From Anaerolineales bacterium (GTDB taxonomy: Bacteria; Chloroflexota; Anaerolineae; Anaerolineales; UBA11579): 64,000 nucleotides of DNA. Under the pieces are notes generated by a model, which had not been told where the DNA came from, made no database searches, and saw only the letters and a program-made list of their open reading frames with translations. Location: assembly GCA_026129335.1 (NCBI GenBank), contig JAHCIH010000003.1, positions 20,534-84,533 on the forward strand, in the 5' to 3' direction. A program made the translations under genes and the position numbers. This document shows, in pieces, positions 50,312-59,585 of this stretch; the first letter of the stretch is position 1; each line of letters opens with the position of its first letter.

Positions 50312-50833
50312 ATGCCTGACAAATCCGCCTCCACCGAGAGCCATCGCAAACTAGCCGCCGAGCGCGGCCCGCTGGCATTCGCCATCGTGACGGTCAGCGA
50401 TTCGCGCACGCCTGAGACGGACACCAACGGCGACTACCTGCGCGCCGAGATCGAGCGCCTGGGCCACCACCTGGTTGCTTATCAGGTGGTCAAAGACGAG
50501 GCCGAGCAGATCGGCCAGCTGCTGGGGCAGCTGGCCGGCGGCGAGGCGCAGGTGCTGCTGTTCAACGGCGGCACCGGCATTTCGCGCCGCGATACGACCT
50601 ACGACGTGCTCAGCCAGGCTTTGGAGAAAACCCTGCCGGGCTTCGGCGAGATCTTCCGCATGCTCAGCTGGGAGCAGGTCGGCGCGGCGGCGATGCTCTC
50701 GCGGGCCACCGCGGGCGTGTACCGCGGCAAGCTGGTCATCTCCACCCCCGGCTCACCGGCGGCGGTGCAGCTGGCCTGGGAGAAGCTGATCGCACCGGAG
50801 GTGGAGCACCTCGCCTGGGAACTGGCCCGCTAG
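50312..50833 (+). CDS. moaB: molybdenum cofactor biosynthesis protein B (MoaB/MogA family)
   Basis: [10 protein letters not shown]...DTNGDYL...[17 protein letters not shown]. The second ATG was chosen because the first (50303) lies inside TAGAAT (50299..50304). Confidence 0.8.
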   Translation: MPDKSASTESHRKLAAERGPLAFAIVTVSDSRTPETDTNGDYLRAEIERLGHHLVAYQVVKDEAEQIGQLLGQLAGGEAQVLLFNGGTGISRRDTTYDVLSQALEKTLPGFGEIFRMLSWEQVGAAAMLSRATAGVYRGKLVISTPGSPAAVQLAWEKLIAPEVEHLAWELAR

Positions 50834-51042
50834 GGTGCCATTTTTGAGCAAGCGACGCAGCCGCGCCGCGAAGAATCCATCCAAGCGTTCTTTGCGGTTG
50901 GCCGCGAAATCTTCTCCGGCTTGCTGATTAAAGTATGCGCTTATGGGGATCCTTCACGACGGCGAATTGCCGCTATACGGCAATTCGCCTGTTCAGGATG
51001 ACGCGCGCAGTGGTATAATCGCCCGCTGTTAAGGAGTATTTG

Positions 51043-51282
51043 ATGTCAAGAAAATCGGCAATCACGGGCAAAGGCCCCGGGTTTGGCAACAACGTGCCCT
51101 TCTCCAAAAAGAAGAGCCGCCGCCGCTGGGACGCCAACATCCATGACAAGCGCTTTTGGGTGCCTGAACTCAATCGCTTCGTCAAGATTCGCGTCTCCAC
51201 CCGGGACATGCGCAGCATCGACAAGCACGGCTTGGTCCCCTATCTGCGCAGCAACGGCCTGACCCTGAAAGACGTCACCTAA
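51043..51282 (+). CDS. rpmB: 50S ribosomal protein L28
   Basis: MSRKSAITGKGPGFGNNVPFSKKKSRRRWDANIH...VSTRDMRSIDK. AAGGAG SD. Confidence 0.9.
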   Translation: MSRKSAITGKGPGFGNNVPFSKKKSRRRWDANIHDKRFWVPELNRFVKIRVSTRDMRSIDKHGLVPYLRSNGLTLKDVT

Positions 51283-51284
51283 AC

Positions 51285-51527
51285 ATGAGCCTGGCGGAGC
51301 ACGTGGCCTACAAGACCAGGCAGCAAGCTGAGCTGCTGGAACGCCTGCGCGCCAACCCGCGTGTGGAGTTGATCCGTGTGGCCGGCCCGGTGCAGTGCAG
51401 CATTTCGCAGACTGTGCAGGGCGTATACAGCAAGCAAGACGTGCCCGAACTGCCGGTGGAAGGCTGCTCCCGCCCCGGCGGCTGCATTTGCACCTACGAA
51501 CCGGTATTGAAGGAAATTTACCCCTAG
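51285..51527 (+). CDS. hypothetical 80-aa Cys-containing protein between rpmB and rpsR
   Basis: Starts 2 nt after the rpmB stop and ends 17 nt before rpsR. Host-like codon usage. No family recognised. Confidence 0.45.
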   Translation: MSLAEHVAYKTRQQAELLERLRANPRVELIRVAGPVQCSISQTVQGVYSKQDVPELPVEGCSRPGGCICTYEPVLKEIYP

Positions 51528-51544
51528 CAGGGAAAGAGTTGAAG

Positions 51545-51844
51545 ATGGCAGAACGAGAAACCTCCAGCAACGACAACCCGCGTGAAGAGCGCGAAGACCG
51601 CGGGCGCGGCGGCAACAGCCGCTACTTCCGCAAGCCCAAGACCGACCCCTTTGAGGCCGACAAGTCCCTGAAGATCGATTACAAGGACACCGAGCTGCTC
51701 AAGCGCTTCCTCACCCCGGAGGGCAAGATCCGCCCCCGCCGGCAGACGGGCGTGAACGCCCGCAACCAGCGCAAGCTGGCCCGCGCCATCAAGCGCGCCC
51801 GGCACATTGCGCTGCTCAGCTACACCGACGACACGTTGGACTAA
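51545..51844 (+). CDS. rpsR: 30S ribosomal protein S18
   Basis: [48 protein letters not shown]. Internal ATG of ORF 51395..51844. Confidence 0.9.
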   Translation: MAERETSSNDNPREEREDRGRGGNSRYFRKPKTDPFEADKSLKIDYKDTELLKRFLTPEGKIRPRRQTGVNARNQRKLARAIKRARHIALLSYTDDTLD

Positions 51845-51911
51845 AGAAGTTCTTTTCCACAATAAAAAACAACCCCAGAGGGGCTGTTTTATTTTTGGCT
51901 AAGCGGTCTTG

Positions 51912-52478
51912 CTACCTAGCAGCTATATCCTTCCAAACACCGCTGTATTTCTTCTTGTACTTGGCATCTTCTTCCATCTCGATGAGTTCCTGCGCCTTGG
52001 CCATTACGGCTTCATCGCCGGTCACATCGTACACATTGCGCAAGCTGGTGATGATATCGAAGCGGATCAGCGACCAGTTCTTCTCAGCGCTACACAGAGT
52101 GTAGCGCTGCTCCAGCCCTTCAAGCAGCAGGGCTTGCTGCTCTTCCCCGGCGACGCCGATCTTCCACAGGGCCTGCAAGCAATGCCTGGCAGTCACGAAG
52201 CGCTCATCCCGACTGACATTCAGCAGCCCCTCGAAATCCTTGATGATGCGTTTATCGGGGTCGCTTTTGGCTAAATTGCACAGCAATTGGGCGGCAATGG
52301 CGCGATTGTGATTGTCCGCGTGGCTCAGATTGGCCACAACCTCATCCCAGACTTGGTAAGCCCAATCCACTGGCAGGTTGCTGTCCTCGATGAACCGGGA
52401 AAAGGCCGCGTTCTGCAGTTCACGGTCTTCAGACCACAGTTCTTTGAATTCGCTCACAGGTACTCCGCTAACAATCAT
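51912..52478 (-). CDS. hypothetical helical-repeat (HEAT-like) protein
   Basis: The start at MIVSGVPV overlaps the argF stop (ATGA). The rest of ORF 51912..52889 overlaps argF and was rejected. Somewhat lower GC. Confidence 0.5.
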   Translation of the reverse strand: MIVSGVPVSEFKELWSEDRELQNAAFSRFIEDSNLPVDWAYQVWDEVVANLSHADNHNRAIAAQLLCNLAKSDPDKRIIKDFEGLLNVSRDERFVTARHCLQALWKIGVAGEEQQALLLEGLEQRYTLCSAEKNWSLIRFDIITSLRNVYDVTGDEAVMAKAQELIEMEEDAKYKKKYSGVWKDIAAR

Positions 52479-53395
52479 CCCAGTAGCGTCGCCAGCAGGG
52501 CTTTCTGCGCGTGCAGGCGGTTGTGCGCCTGTGGGAAGAGCAGCGACTGCGGCCCGTCGGCCACCTCGTCGGTGATCTCCTGGCCGCGGTGGGCGGGCAG
52601 GCAATGTAAAACCACTGCCGTCGGCTTGGCTTTCGCCAGCAGGGCGGCATTCACTTGGTAGGGGGGGAAGACCGCCTCGCGCTTCTTGCTCTCCTCCTCC
52701 TGGCCCATGCTGGTCCAGGTGTCGGTGTAAATCACATCGGCGTCCTGCACCGCCTGGGCCGGGTCGTTGAGCAGCTCGATGTTGGCGCCGCTCTCGGCGG
52801 CGAACTCCCGGCCCAGCTCGATGGCCGGCGGCAGCATGTCGTAGCCCTCGGGGTTGGCGATGGTGAAGTGCATGCCCAACTTGGCGCATACGTGCATCAG
52901 CGAAACGGCCACGTTGTTGCCGTCGCCCACGTACACAACCTTCAGCCCCTTGATATCACCCTTGTAGTGCTCGTAGATCGTCAGCGCGTCCGACAGCCCC
53001 TGGCAGGGGTGGTTGTAGTCGCTCAGGCCGTTGATCACCGGCTTCGCGGCCCAGTGGGCCAGCTCCAGCACGTGCTGGTGATCGAAGACGCGGGCCATGA
53101 TCCCGTCCACATAGCCATCCAGCACCCGGGCCACGTCGGCGATGGACTCGCGCTGGCCCAGGCCGATCTCCTGCGGGCCGATGTACAGCGCGTGCCCGCC
53201 GAGGTGCTGCATGCCCATCTCAAAAGAGACGCGCGTGCGCAGGCTGGACTTTTGGAAGACCATGGCCAGCGCTTTGCCCTGCAAAATGGGCTTGTTGCCA
53301 CCGGCGGCGTGGTCTTTCTTCAATTGGACGGCTAAATCAAGCAGGGATTGGATTTCTTGGGGGCTGTGGTCGGCCAGGGCGAGAAAATCTTGCAT
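52475..53395 (-). CDS. argF: ornithine carbamoyltransferase
   Basis: [19 protein letters not shown] and [10 protein letters not shown] motifs. The start was set at [11 protein letters not shown]. Confidence 0.9.
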   Translation of the reverse strand: MQDFLALADHSPQEIQSLLDLAVQLKKDHAAGGNKPILQGKALAMVFQKSSLRTRVSFEMGMQHLGGHALYIGPQEIGLGQRESIADVARVLDGYVDGIMARVFDHQHVLELAHWAAKPVINGLSDYNHPCQGLSDALTIYEHYKGDIKGLKVVYVGDGNNVAVSLMHVCAKLGMHFTIANPEGYDMLPPAIELGREFAAESGANIELLNDPAQAVQDADVIYTDTWTSMGQEEESKKREAVFPPYQVNAALLAKAKPTAVVLHCLPAHRGQEITDEVADGPQSLLFPQAHNRLHAQKALLATLLG

Positions 53396-53478
53396 GACGG
53401 CTCCGAAAGACTGGGTTTTGGGGAGTATAGCAGATTGCACAGGTATAATCCGATTCACACCCCTGCCTCGGAGGATGC

Positions 53479-53880
53479 ATGGCTGAAAAGAAAATCCGCG
53501 TCTTGGTGGCCAAGCCCGGTCTGGATGGGCACGACCGCGGCGCCAAAGTGATCGCCCGGGCGCTGCGCGATGCCGGCATGGAGGTCATCTACACCGGCCT
53601 GCGCCAAACGCCGGAGATGATCGCCGAGGCCGCTTTGCAGGAAGATGTGGACGCGGTGGGCCTCTCCATCCTCTCCGGGGCGCATATGGCCCTGGTGCCG
53701 CGGGTGCTCGATTTGCTGCGCGCCAACGGGCAGGACAAGGTGCGCGTCTTCGTCGGTGGGATCATCCCGGACGAAGACGTGACCAAGCTGCAAGCTGCCG
53801 GAGTGGCCGGTGTGTACGGCCCCGGTTCCCCCACCCAGAAAATCATCGACGATATCCGCGCCACGGTAACTGGCGCCTGA
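53479..53880 (+). CDS. methylmalonyl-CoA mutase-type B12-binding domain subunit
   Basis: [34 protein letters not shown] (DxHxxG cobalamin motif). Confidence 0.85.
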   Translation: MAEKKIRVLVAKPGLDGHDRGAKVIARALRDAGMEVIYTGLRQTPEMIAEAALQEDVDAVGLSILSGAHMALVPRVLDLLRANGQDKVRVFVGGIIPDEDVTKLQAAGVAGVYGPGSPTQKIIDDIRATVTGA

Positions 53881-53891
53881 GGAGCGCTCGG

Positions 53892-54911
53892 ATGGACTTG
53901 GTCCGCTCCGTGCTCTCCGGCGACCGGCTGGCTCTGGCGCGCCTGCTCAGCCAGGTGGAAAGCGGGGACCAGGCCGGCGTCGAGGCGCTCAACGCGCTTT
54001 TCCCGCACACCGGCGGAGGCCAACTGATCGGCGTGACCGGCGCGCCTGGCACCGGCAAGTCTTCGCTGGTCAACCAGCTGGCCCTGCACTACCGCCAGCC
54101 GCCGGGCGGCGAGCCTCGCCGCGTGGCCATCCTGGCGGTGGACCCCAGCAGCCCGTTCACCGGCGGGGCGGTGCTGGGCGACCGCATCCGCATGCGTGAA
54201 CTCTCCGGCGACGAGGGCGTCTTCATCCGCAGCATGGCCAGCCGCGGCTCGCTGGGCGGCCTGGCCGCGGCCAGCGCCGGGGCGGTGCAGGCCTTCGATG
54301 CGGCGGGCTACGACATCATCCTCATCGAGACCGTGGGCTCCGGCCAATCCGAAGTAGAGATTGCCAAATTGGCCCACACCACGCTGGTGGTGGATGTGCC
54401 CGGGCTGGGCGACGACGTGCAGGCGATCAAGGCCGGCATTCTCGAGATCGCCGATATTTTGGTGCTCAACAAGGCCGACCGGCCCGGCGTCGAGTCCGCC
54501 GAGCGCGCTTTGCAAGGCATGCTCAAACTGGGCCACCCCACCAAGCGGGTGATGCACCACGGTCGCACCGAGGATGTCGCCGCAGCGAAGGGCGAACAGG
54601 CCGCCGCGGACGAGTGGATCCCGCCCATCCGCCGCACAGTGGCCACTGAAGGCAAAGGCATCGTTGAGCTGGCCATGTCCATTGAGGGCCACCGCCAGTT
54701 CCTGGAGAGCAGCGGCGAGTGGCGCGGCCGCGAGCGCGCCCGGCTGCAGAACGAAGTCGAGCTGCTGCTGCAGGGCGAGCTGATGTCCGCCTGGCGCAGC
54801 CGTGTGTCGCCGGCGCAATATGAGGCCGCGTTGGACGCGCTGGTAGAACGCAAACAGTCACCACGGCAAGCGGTGGCCGCGCTGCTTAACGGGCATGGAG
54901 GCAAGGCATGA
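53892..54911 (+). CDS. meaB: methylmalonyl-CoA mutase-associated GTPase MeaB/ArgK
   Basis: GVTGAPGTGKSSLV P-loop, IETVGSGQSE, and LNKAD. Confidence 0.85.
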   Translation: MDLVRSVLSGDRLALARLLSQVESGDQAGVEALNALFPHTGGGQLIGVTGAPGTGKSSLVNQLALHYRQPPGGEPRRVAILAVDPSSPFTGGAVLGDRIRMRELSGDEGVFIRSMASRGSLGGLAAASAGAVQAFDAAGYDIILIETVGSGQSEVEIAKLAHTTLVVDVPGLGDDVQAIKAGILEIADILVLNKADRPGVESAERALQGMLKLGHPTKRVMHHGRTEDVAAAKGEQAAADEWIPPIRRTVATEGKGIVELAMSIEGHRQFLESSGEWRGRERARLQNEVELLLQGELMSAWRSRVSPAQYEAALDALVERKQSPRQAVAALLNGHGGKA

Positions 54912-55470
54912 TTGTTGGCAAGGGCATCCGCCTGCGCGCCATCGAGCGCGACGACCTGCCCACACTGGTCACCTGGATGAACGACCCGGACGTGCGCGAC
55001 AACCTGGCGGCCTATCTGCCCATGTCGATGGCCGACGAAGAGCGCTGGTTCGAAAGGCTGCCGGAGCGGCCGCGCGAGCAGCAACCCTGGGCGATAGATA
55101 TCCAGCGGGGCAGCTCCTGGAAGCTGATCGGCAGCTGCGGTTTTCACGATGTGGCCTGGCGTGAGCGCAGCAGCGAGATAGGGATTATGATTGGGGCGAA
55201 GCGCGAGTGGAACAAGGGGTATGGCACCCAGGCGGTTGCCCTGCTGGTTAAGTTCGGTTTTGAGACTTTGAACCTGCACCGCATCAGCTTGCATGTCTAC
55301 GAAGACAATGCTCGCGCCATTCGCGCCTACGAGAAAGTTGGCTTCGTGCTGGAGGGCCGCTTGCGCGACGCGCAGTACAGTGATGGCGTTTATAAGGATG
55401 TATTGCAGATGAGCATTCTGCGCCCGGAGTGGGACGCCGCCCAGGGCCAAAACAGAGGAGAGCGAGCGGA

Positions 55471-55474
<4 letters not shown>
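54908..55474 (+). CDS. GNAT-family N-acetyltransferase (RimJ/RimL-like)
   Basis: IGIMIGAKREWNKGYGTQAV...HRISLHVYEDNARAIRAYEKVGF. ATGA overlap with meaB. Confidence 0.8.
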
Positions 55475-56446
<972 letters not shown>

Positions 56447-56448
<2 letters not shown>

Positions 56449-56516
56449 TCAACAGTGTACAGTTGACAGTCAACAGAAGTTTCTGTGAACTGTAGACTGT
56501 CAACTGTCAACTACTA
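56447..56516. repeat. heptamer-phased repeat (AGTCAAC/ACTGTCA units)
   Basis: agtcaac agtgtac agttgac agtcaac agaagtt tctgtga actgtag actgtca actgtca actacta. It fills the whole prs-mutM spacer. Confidence 0.85.
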
Positions 56517-57341
56517 ATGCCTGAACTCCCCGAAGTCGAAACCGTGGCCCGCTCGCTGGTCAGCGGCCAGGGCGGCGCATCCATCCTGGGCCGGCAGGTG
56601 TCCCGCGCCAAGGTGGCTTGGGCGCGCAGCGTGGCCGCGCCCGGCGCGGCGGCCTTCCAGCGGCGCATCGCCGGCCAGCGCGTGCAGGATGTGGGCCGCC
56701 GGGCCAAGTTCATCCAGATCAGCCTGGACGAAGATACCCTGCTGGTGCACCTGCGCATGTCCGGCGACTTGCTGCTCGGCTACCAGGAGCCGCCGCTGGG
56801 CGCGCACTCCCGCCTGCAAGTCTATTTCGACGACGGCTTGCAGCTCAGCTTCAACGACCCGCGCAAGTTTGGCAGGGTCTGGCTGCTGGCCGACCCGGGG
56901 GCCGTCTTCGCCGGCCTGGGGCCGGAGCCGTTCGACCCGGCGCTGACGCCCAAGCGCTTCGGCGCCATGCTGACCGCCCGCCGGCGGCAGCTCAAACCGC
57001 TGCTGCTCGACCAGAGCTTCATCGCCGGGTTGGGCAACATCTACGCCGATGAGGCGCTGTGGGAGGCCAGGCTGCACCCGCTGGAGCTGGCCAGCCGCCT
57101 GGATGCGGCCCAGGCCGCCGCGCTGCTGCGCGCAGTGCGCAAGGTGCTCAAAGAAGGCATCCGCCGCAACGGGGCGAGCATCGACTGGGTCTACCGCGGC
57201 GGGGATTTCCAAAACTACTTCAAGGTCTACCAGCAGACCGGCGAGCCCTGCCCGCGCTGCGGGACGCCGATCAGCCGCATCGTGTTGGGGCAGCGCAGCA
57301 CGCATTTTTGCGCGCGCTGCCAGGCCTTGTCCACGGACTAA
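56517..57341 (+). CDS. mutM: formamidopyrimidine-DNA glycosylase
   Basis: MPELPEVETV N-terminus, and a C-terminal zinc finger CPRCGTPI...FCARCQ. Confidence 0.95.
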   Translation: MPELPEVETVARSLVSGQGGASILGRQVSRAKVAWARSVAAPGAAAFQRRIAGQRVQDVGRRAKFIQISLDEDTLLVHLRMSGDLLLGYQEPPLGAHSRLQVYFDDGLQLSFNDPRKFGRVWLLADPGAVFAGLGPEPFDPALTPKRFGAMLTARRRQLKPLLLDQSFIAGLGNIYADEALWEARLHPLELASRLDAAQAAALLRAVRKVLKEGIRRNGASIDWVYRGGDFQNYFKVYQQTGEPCPRCGTPISRIVLGQRSTHFCARCQALSTD

Positions 57342-57429
57342 TCGGCTAAATCGCCCGCCAGAATAATGTTACGATTTACCCTGTGAATACGTTTACAGGC
57401 CAATACTAAGAAGAGAAAAGAGGTCTATT

Positions 57430-58200
57430 TTGAAAAGGTACTTGTGGCTCATTCTGGCGGTGTTGGCGCTCTCCGCGATCGCCTGCAGCACCTCGTCCAT
57501 CACCGGCATGCTGGAAGATGCGGTGGAAGAAGCTTTGCAAGAAGCGCTGCCGAGCGAAAGCCAGCCTGGCGCTGGTGACGTCGAACAGCCCCAGCCTCCG
57601 TTCCGCGTTTTTTCCAGCGAGGGCGCTCAGGATTTTGAGTTGGGCGCCGTCTTGCTCGAGGAAGATTTCTCCAACAGCAACGCCTGGGAGTTCTTCTCCT
57701 CCGGAAGCTTCCACTTCGAGGTGGCCGACGGCGCGTATCGCATGCAGGCCGACGAGAGCGGTTATGTCTGGGGCCTGAATGAAACCACGCACACGGATGT
57801 AGTCATGGAGGTCAGCACCAACCAGCTTTCGGCGTTCGAGAACAATGCCTATGGCGTGATGTGCCGCGCGGACACCACCAACAACGGCGATGGCTACTAC
57901 TTCATGATCAGCGGGGATGGCTACTACTCGATTGCCATCGGCCTGGGCGATACCGTGGAGCCCCTGGTGAGCTGGCAGGAAAGTTCGGCCATCCGGCAGG
58001 GACGCGCCTCCAATGAGATCCGCGCGGTTTGCATCGGCAGCTATCTCGCCCTGTACGCCAACGGCCAGTTCCTGGCGGATACCCAGGACAGCACCTTTTC
58101 CAGGGGCTACGCCGGGTTTGCCGTCGCCGCCTTTGAAGATGGCGATGTCGACGTCACTTTCGACGACCTGACCATCTGGGCGGCAAGCTTTTCCGAGTAG
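57430..58200 (+). CDS. secreted lipoprotein, hypothetical (beta-rich, LamG/DUF1080-like by eye)
   Basis: TTG start. LALSAIAC lipobox. No firm family call. Confidence 0.5.
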   Translation: MKRYLWLILAVLALSAIACSTSSITGMLEDAVEEALQEALPSESQPGAGDVEQPQPPFRVFSSEGAQDFELGAVLLEEDFSNSNAWEFFSSGSFHFEVADGAYRMQADESGYVWGLNETTHTDVVMEVSTNQLSAFENNAYGVMCRADTTNNGDGYYFMISGDGYYSIAIGLGDTVEPLVSWQESSAIRQGRASNEIRAVCIGSYLALYANGQFLADTQDSTFSRGYAGFAVAAFEDGDVDVTFDDLTIWAASFSE

Positions 58201-58220
58201 ACCTCACAGTTGAAACTGAA

Positions 58221-58257
58221 AAGGCGCAAGAGTTGGGACAACTCTTGCGCCTTTTTT
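58221..58257. terminator. bidirectional rho-independent terminator
   Basis: Stem AGGCGCAAGAGTTG (58222..58235) / CAACTCTTGCGCCT (58239..58252), flanked by an A-run and T6. It sits between convergent genes. Confidence 0.85.
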
Positions 58258-58315
58258 GTTTGTGGTGCTGTTCAGGATGGCTCGCGGTTGGAACCCGATT
58301 GCGGATCGCTGGCAG

Positions 58316-58663
58316 CTACTGGCTGCCAGCCAAATACTTCGCCAGCACCACGGCGTGGTTGACCTGCTCGTCCTTGGCGGCATACAGCAGGGTGATGCGG
58401 CTGTGCGCTTTCCCCAATTCGCTCAGCTGCTTCACGGCCGGGTTGGCGTCCAACTCGGCGCGGTAGGCTTTGGTGAACTCGGCGAATTTGGCGGGGTCGT
58501 GCCCGAACCAGGTGCGTAGTTCGGGCGAGGGGGCGATGTCTTTCAGCCACAGGTCCAACCGGGCCGCCTCTTTGCGCAGGCCGCGCGGCCACAGGCGGTC
58601 GACCAATACGCGAAATCCGTCGTTAGGGGAGGGCGGGTCGTAAATGCGTTTTAGGGTGTACAT
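58316..58663 (-). CDS. DUF488-family protein
   Basis: RIYDPPSPNDGFRVLVDRLWPRGLRKE...LLYAAKD is typical of DUF488/YeaO. Confidence 0.75.
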   Translation of the reverse strand: MYTLKRIYDPPSPNDGFRVLVDRLWPRGLRKEAARLDLWLKDIAPSPELRTWFGHDPAKFAEFTKAYRAELDANPAVKQLSELGKAHSRITLLYAAKDEQVNHAVVLAKYLAGSQ

Positions 58664-58682
58664 GGTGATGGAGTGAAGCAGA

Positions 58683-58730
58683 GAATGGAGATTGGAGATT
58701 TTCGGTTGCCGGAATCTCCAATCTCCATTC
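58683..58730. repeat. perfect 18-bp inverted repeat built from GGAGATT heptamers
   Basis: GAATGGAGATTGGAGATT (58683..58700), a 12-nt loop, then AATCTCCAATCTCCATTC (58713..58730). The flanks stay in 7-nt register. Confidence 0.9.
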
Positions 58731-58738
58731 GCCGTTCT

Positions 58739-59581
58739 CTAATCTCTATTTACTGCTTTGACTTTCAACTTCCCCTCCGCGTCTCGCAGCAACTCACCCA
58801 CGGGAGTAACCGTGTCGTGCTCGAAAATGAGCAGGGCCTGGTTCTCCAGCGCCCAGTGCTGCCAGAAGCCCTTGGTGCGGATGGTCTCCAGCGGCTCCAC
58901 GTCGTAGGAGGTCACCCAGGCCTTGCGCTCGAAGTGGGCCGCGAAGCTGGCCAGGTCGTTGACGTAGAGCGCCGGCCGCGGGCCGCCTTCCAGGACCACC
59001 ACCTGCATGCCGCGAGTGTGGCCGGGGGCCACGGCTACGCGCACGTGTTTGGTCACCTGGGCTTCGCCGTTCAGCAGGCGCAGGCGGCCTGCCTGCCAAA
59101 GCGGCACGAAGTTCTCGGGCAGGTAGGTGGCGCGGGTGCGCTCGTTAGGGTGCATGGCGTCGGCGAATTCGACGCGCTGCACCCAATAGTCCGCATTGGG
59201 GAAGGCAGCCACAGGTTGCCCGTCTTTCAGCGTGGTGTTGCCGCTGCAGTGGTCGGCGTGCAGGTGGGTATTGATCACGATGTCGACATCTTCCGGGCGC
59301 ACACCGTGTTTGGCCAAATTTTCCAGCAGAGTGCCCTCAGGGTATTCCAGGCCCCACTGGCGGATGGCTTTGTCCTCCAGCTTGTCGCCCAGGCCGTTGT
59401 CCACCAGGATGGTTTTGCCTTCGGAGAAGATCAGCAGGCAGTGCATGCACATCGGCAGCAGCCCGCCGGCGTTGGCGGTCTGGTAGTGGCTCCACAGCGG
59501 GCGCGGCACCAGGCCGAACGGCCCGCCCGGGTCGGCCCAACTGGTGCCGCTGGGGACGATGTGCCACTGGAAATCGGCCAT
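58739..59581 (-). CDS. MBL-fold metallo-hydrolase
   Basis: NTHLHADHCSGN (HxHxDH). The start was set at MADFQWHIVP; the upstream part of ORF 58739..59845 overlaps secA and was rejected. Confidence 0.75.
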   Translation of the reverse strand: MADFQWHIVPSGTSWADPGGPFGLVPRPLWSHYQTANAGGLLPMCMHCLLIFSEGKTILVDNGLGDKLEDKAIRQWGLEYPEGTLLENLAKHGVRPEDVDIVINTHLHADHCSGNTTLKDGQPVAAFPNADYWVQRVEFADAMHPNERTRATYLPENFVPLWQAGRLRLLNGEAQVTKHVRVAVAPGHTRGMQVVVLEGGPRPALYVNDLASFAAHFERKAWVTSYDVEPLETIRTKGFWQHWALENQALLIFEHDTVTPVGELLRDAEGKLKVKAVNRD

Positions 59582-59585
59582 GGGG

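Noticed and set aside
50955-50995. The hairpin GGCGAATTGCCG-ctata-CGGCAATTCGCC upstream of rpmB as a possible ribosomal-protein leader or riboswitch.
   Set aside because: It lies upstream of the TGGTATAAT promoter-like element for rpmB, so it is probably not in the leader. No known L28 leader motif was recognised, and it may simply terminate moaB.
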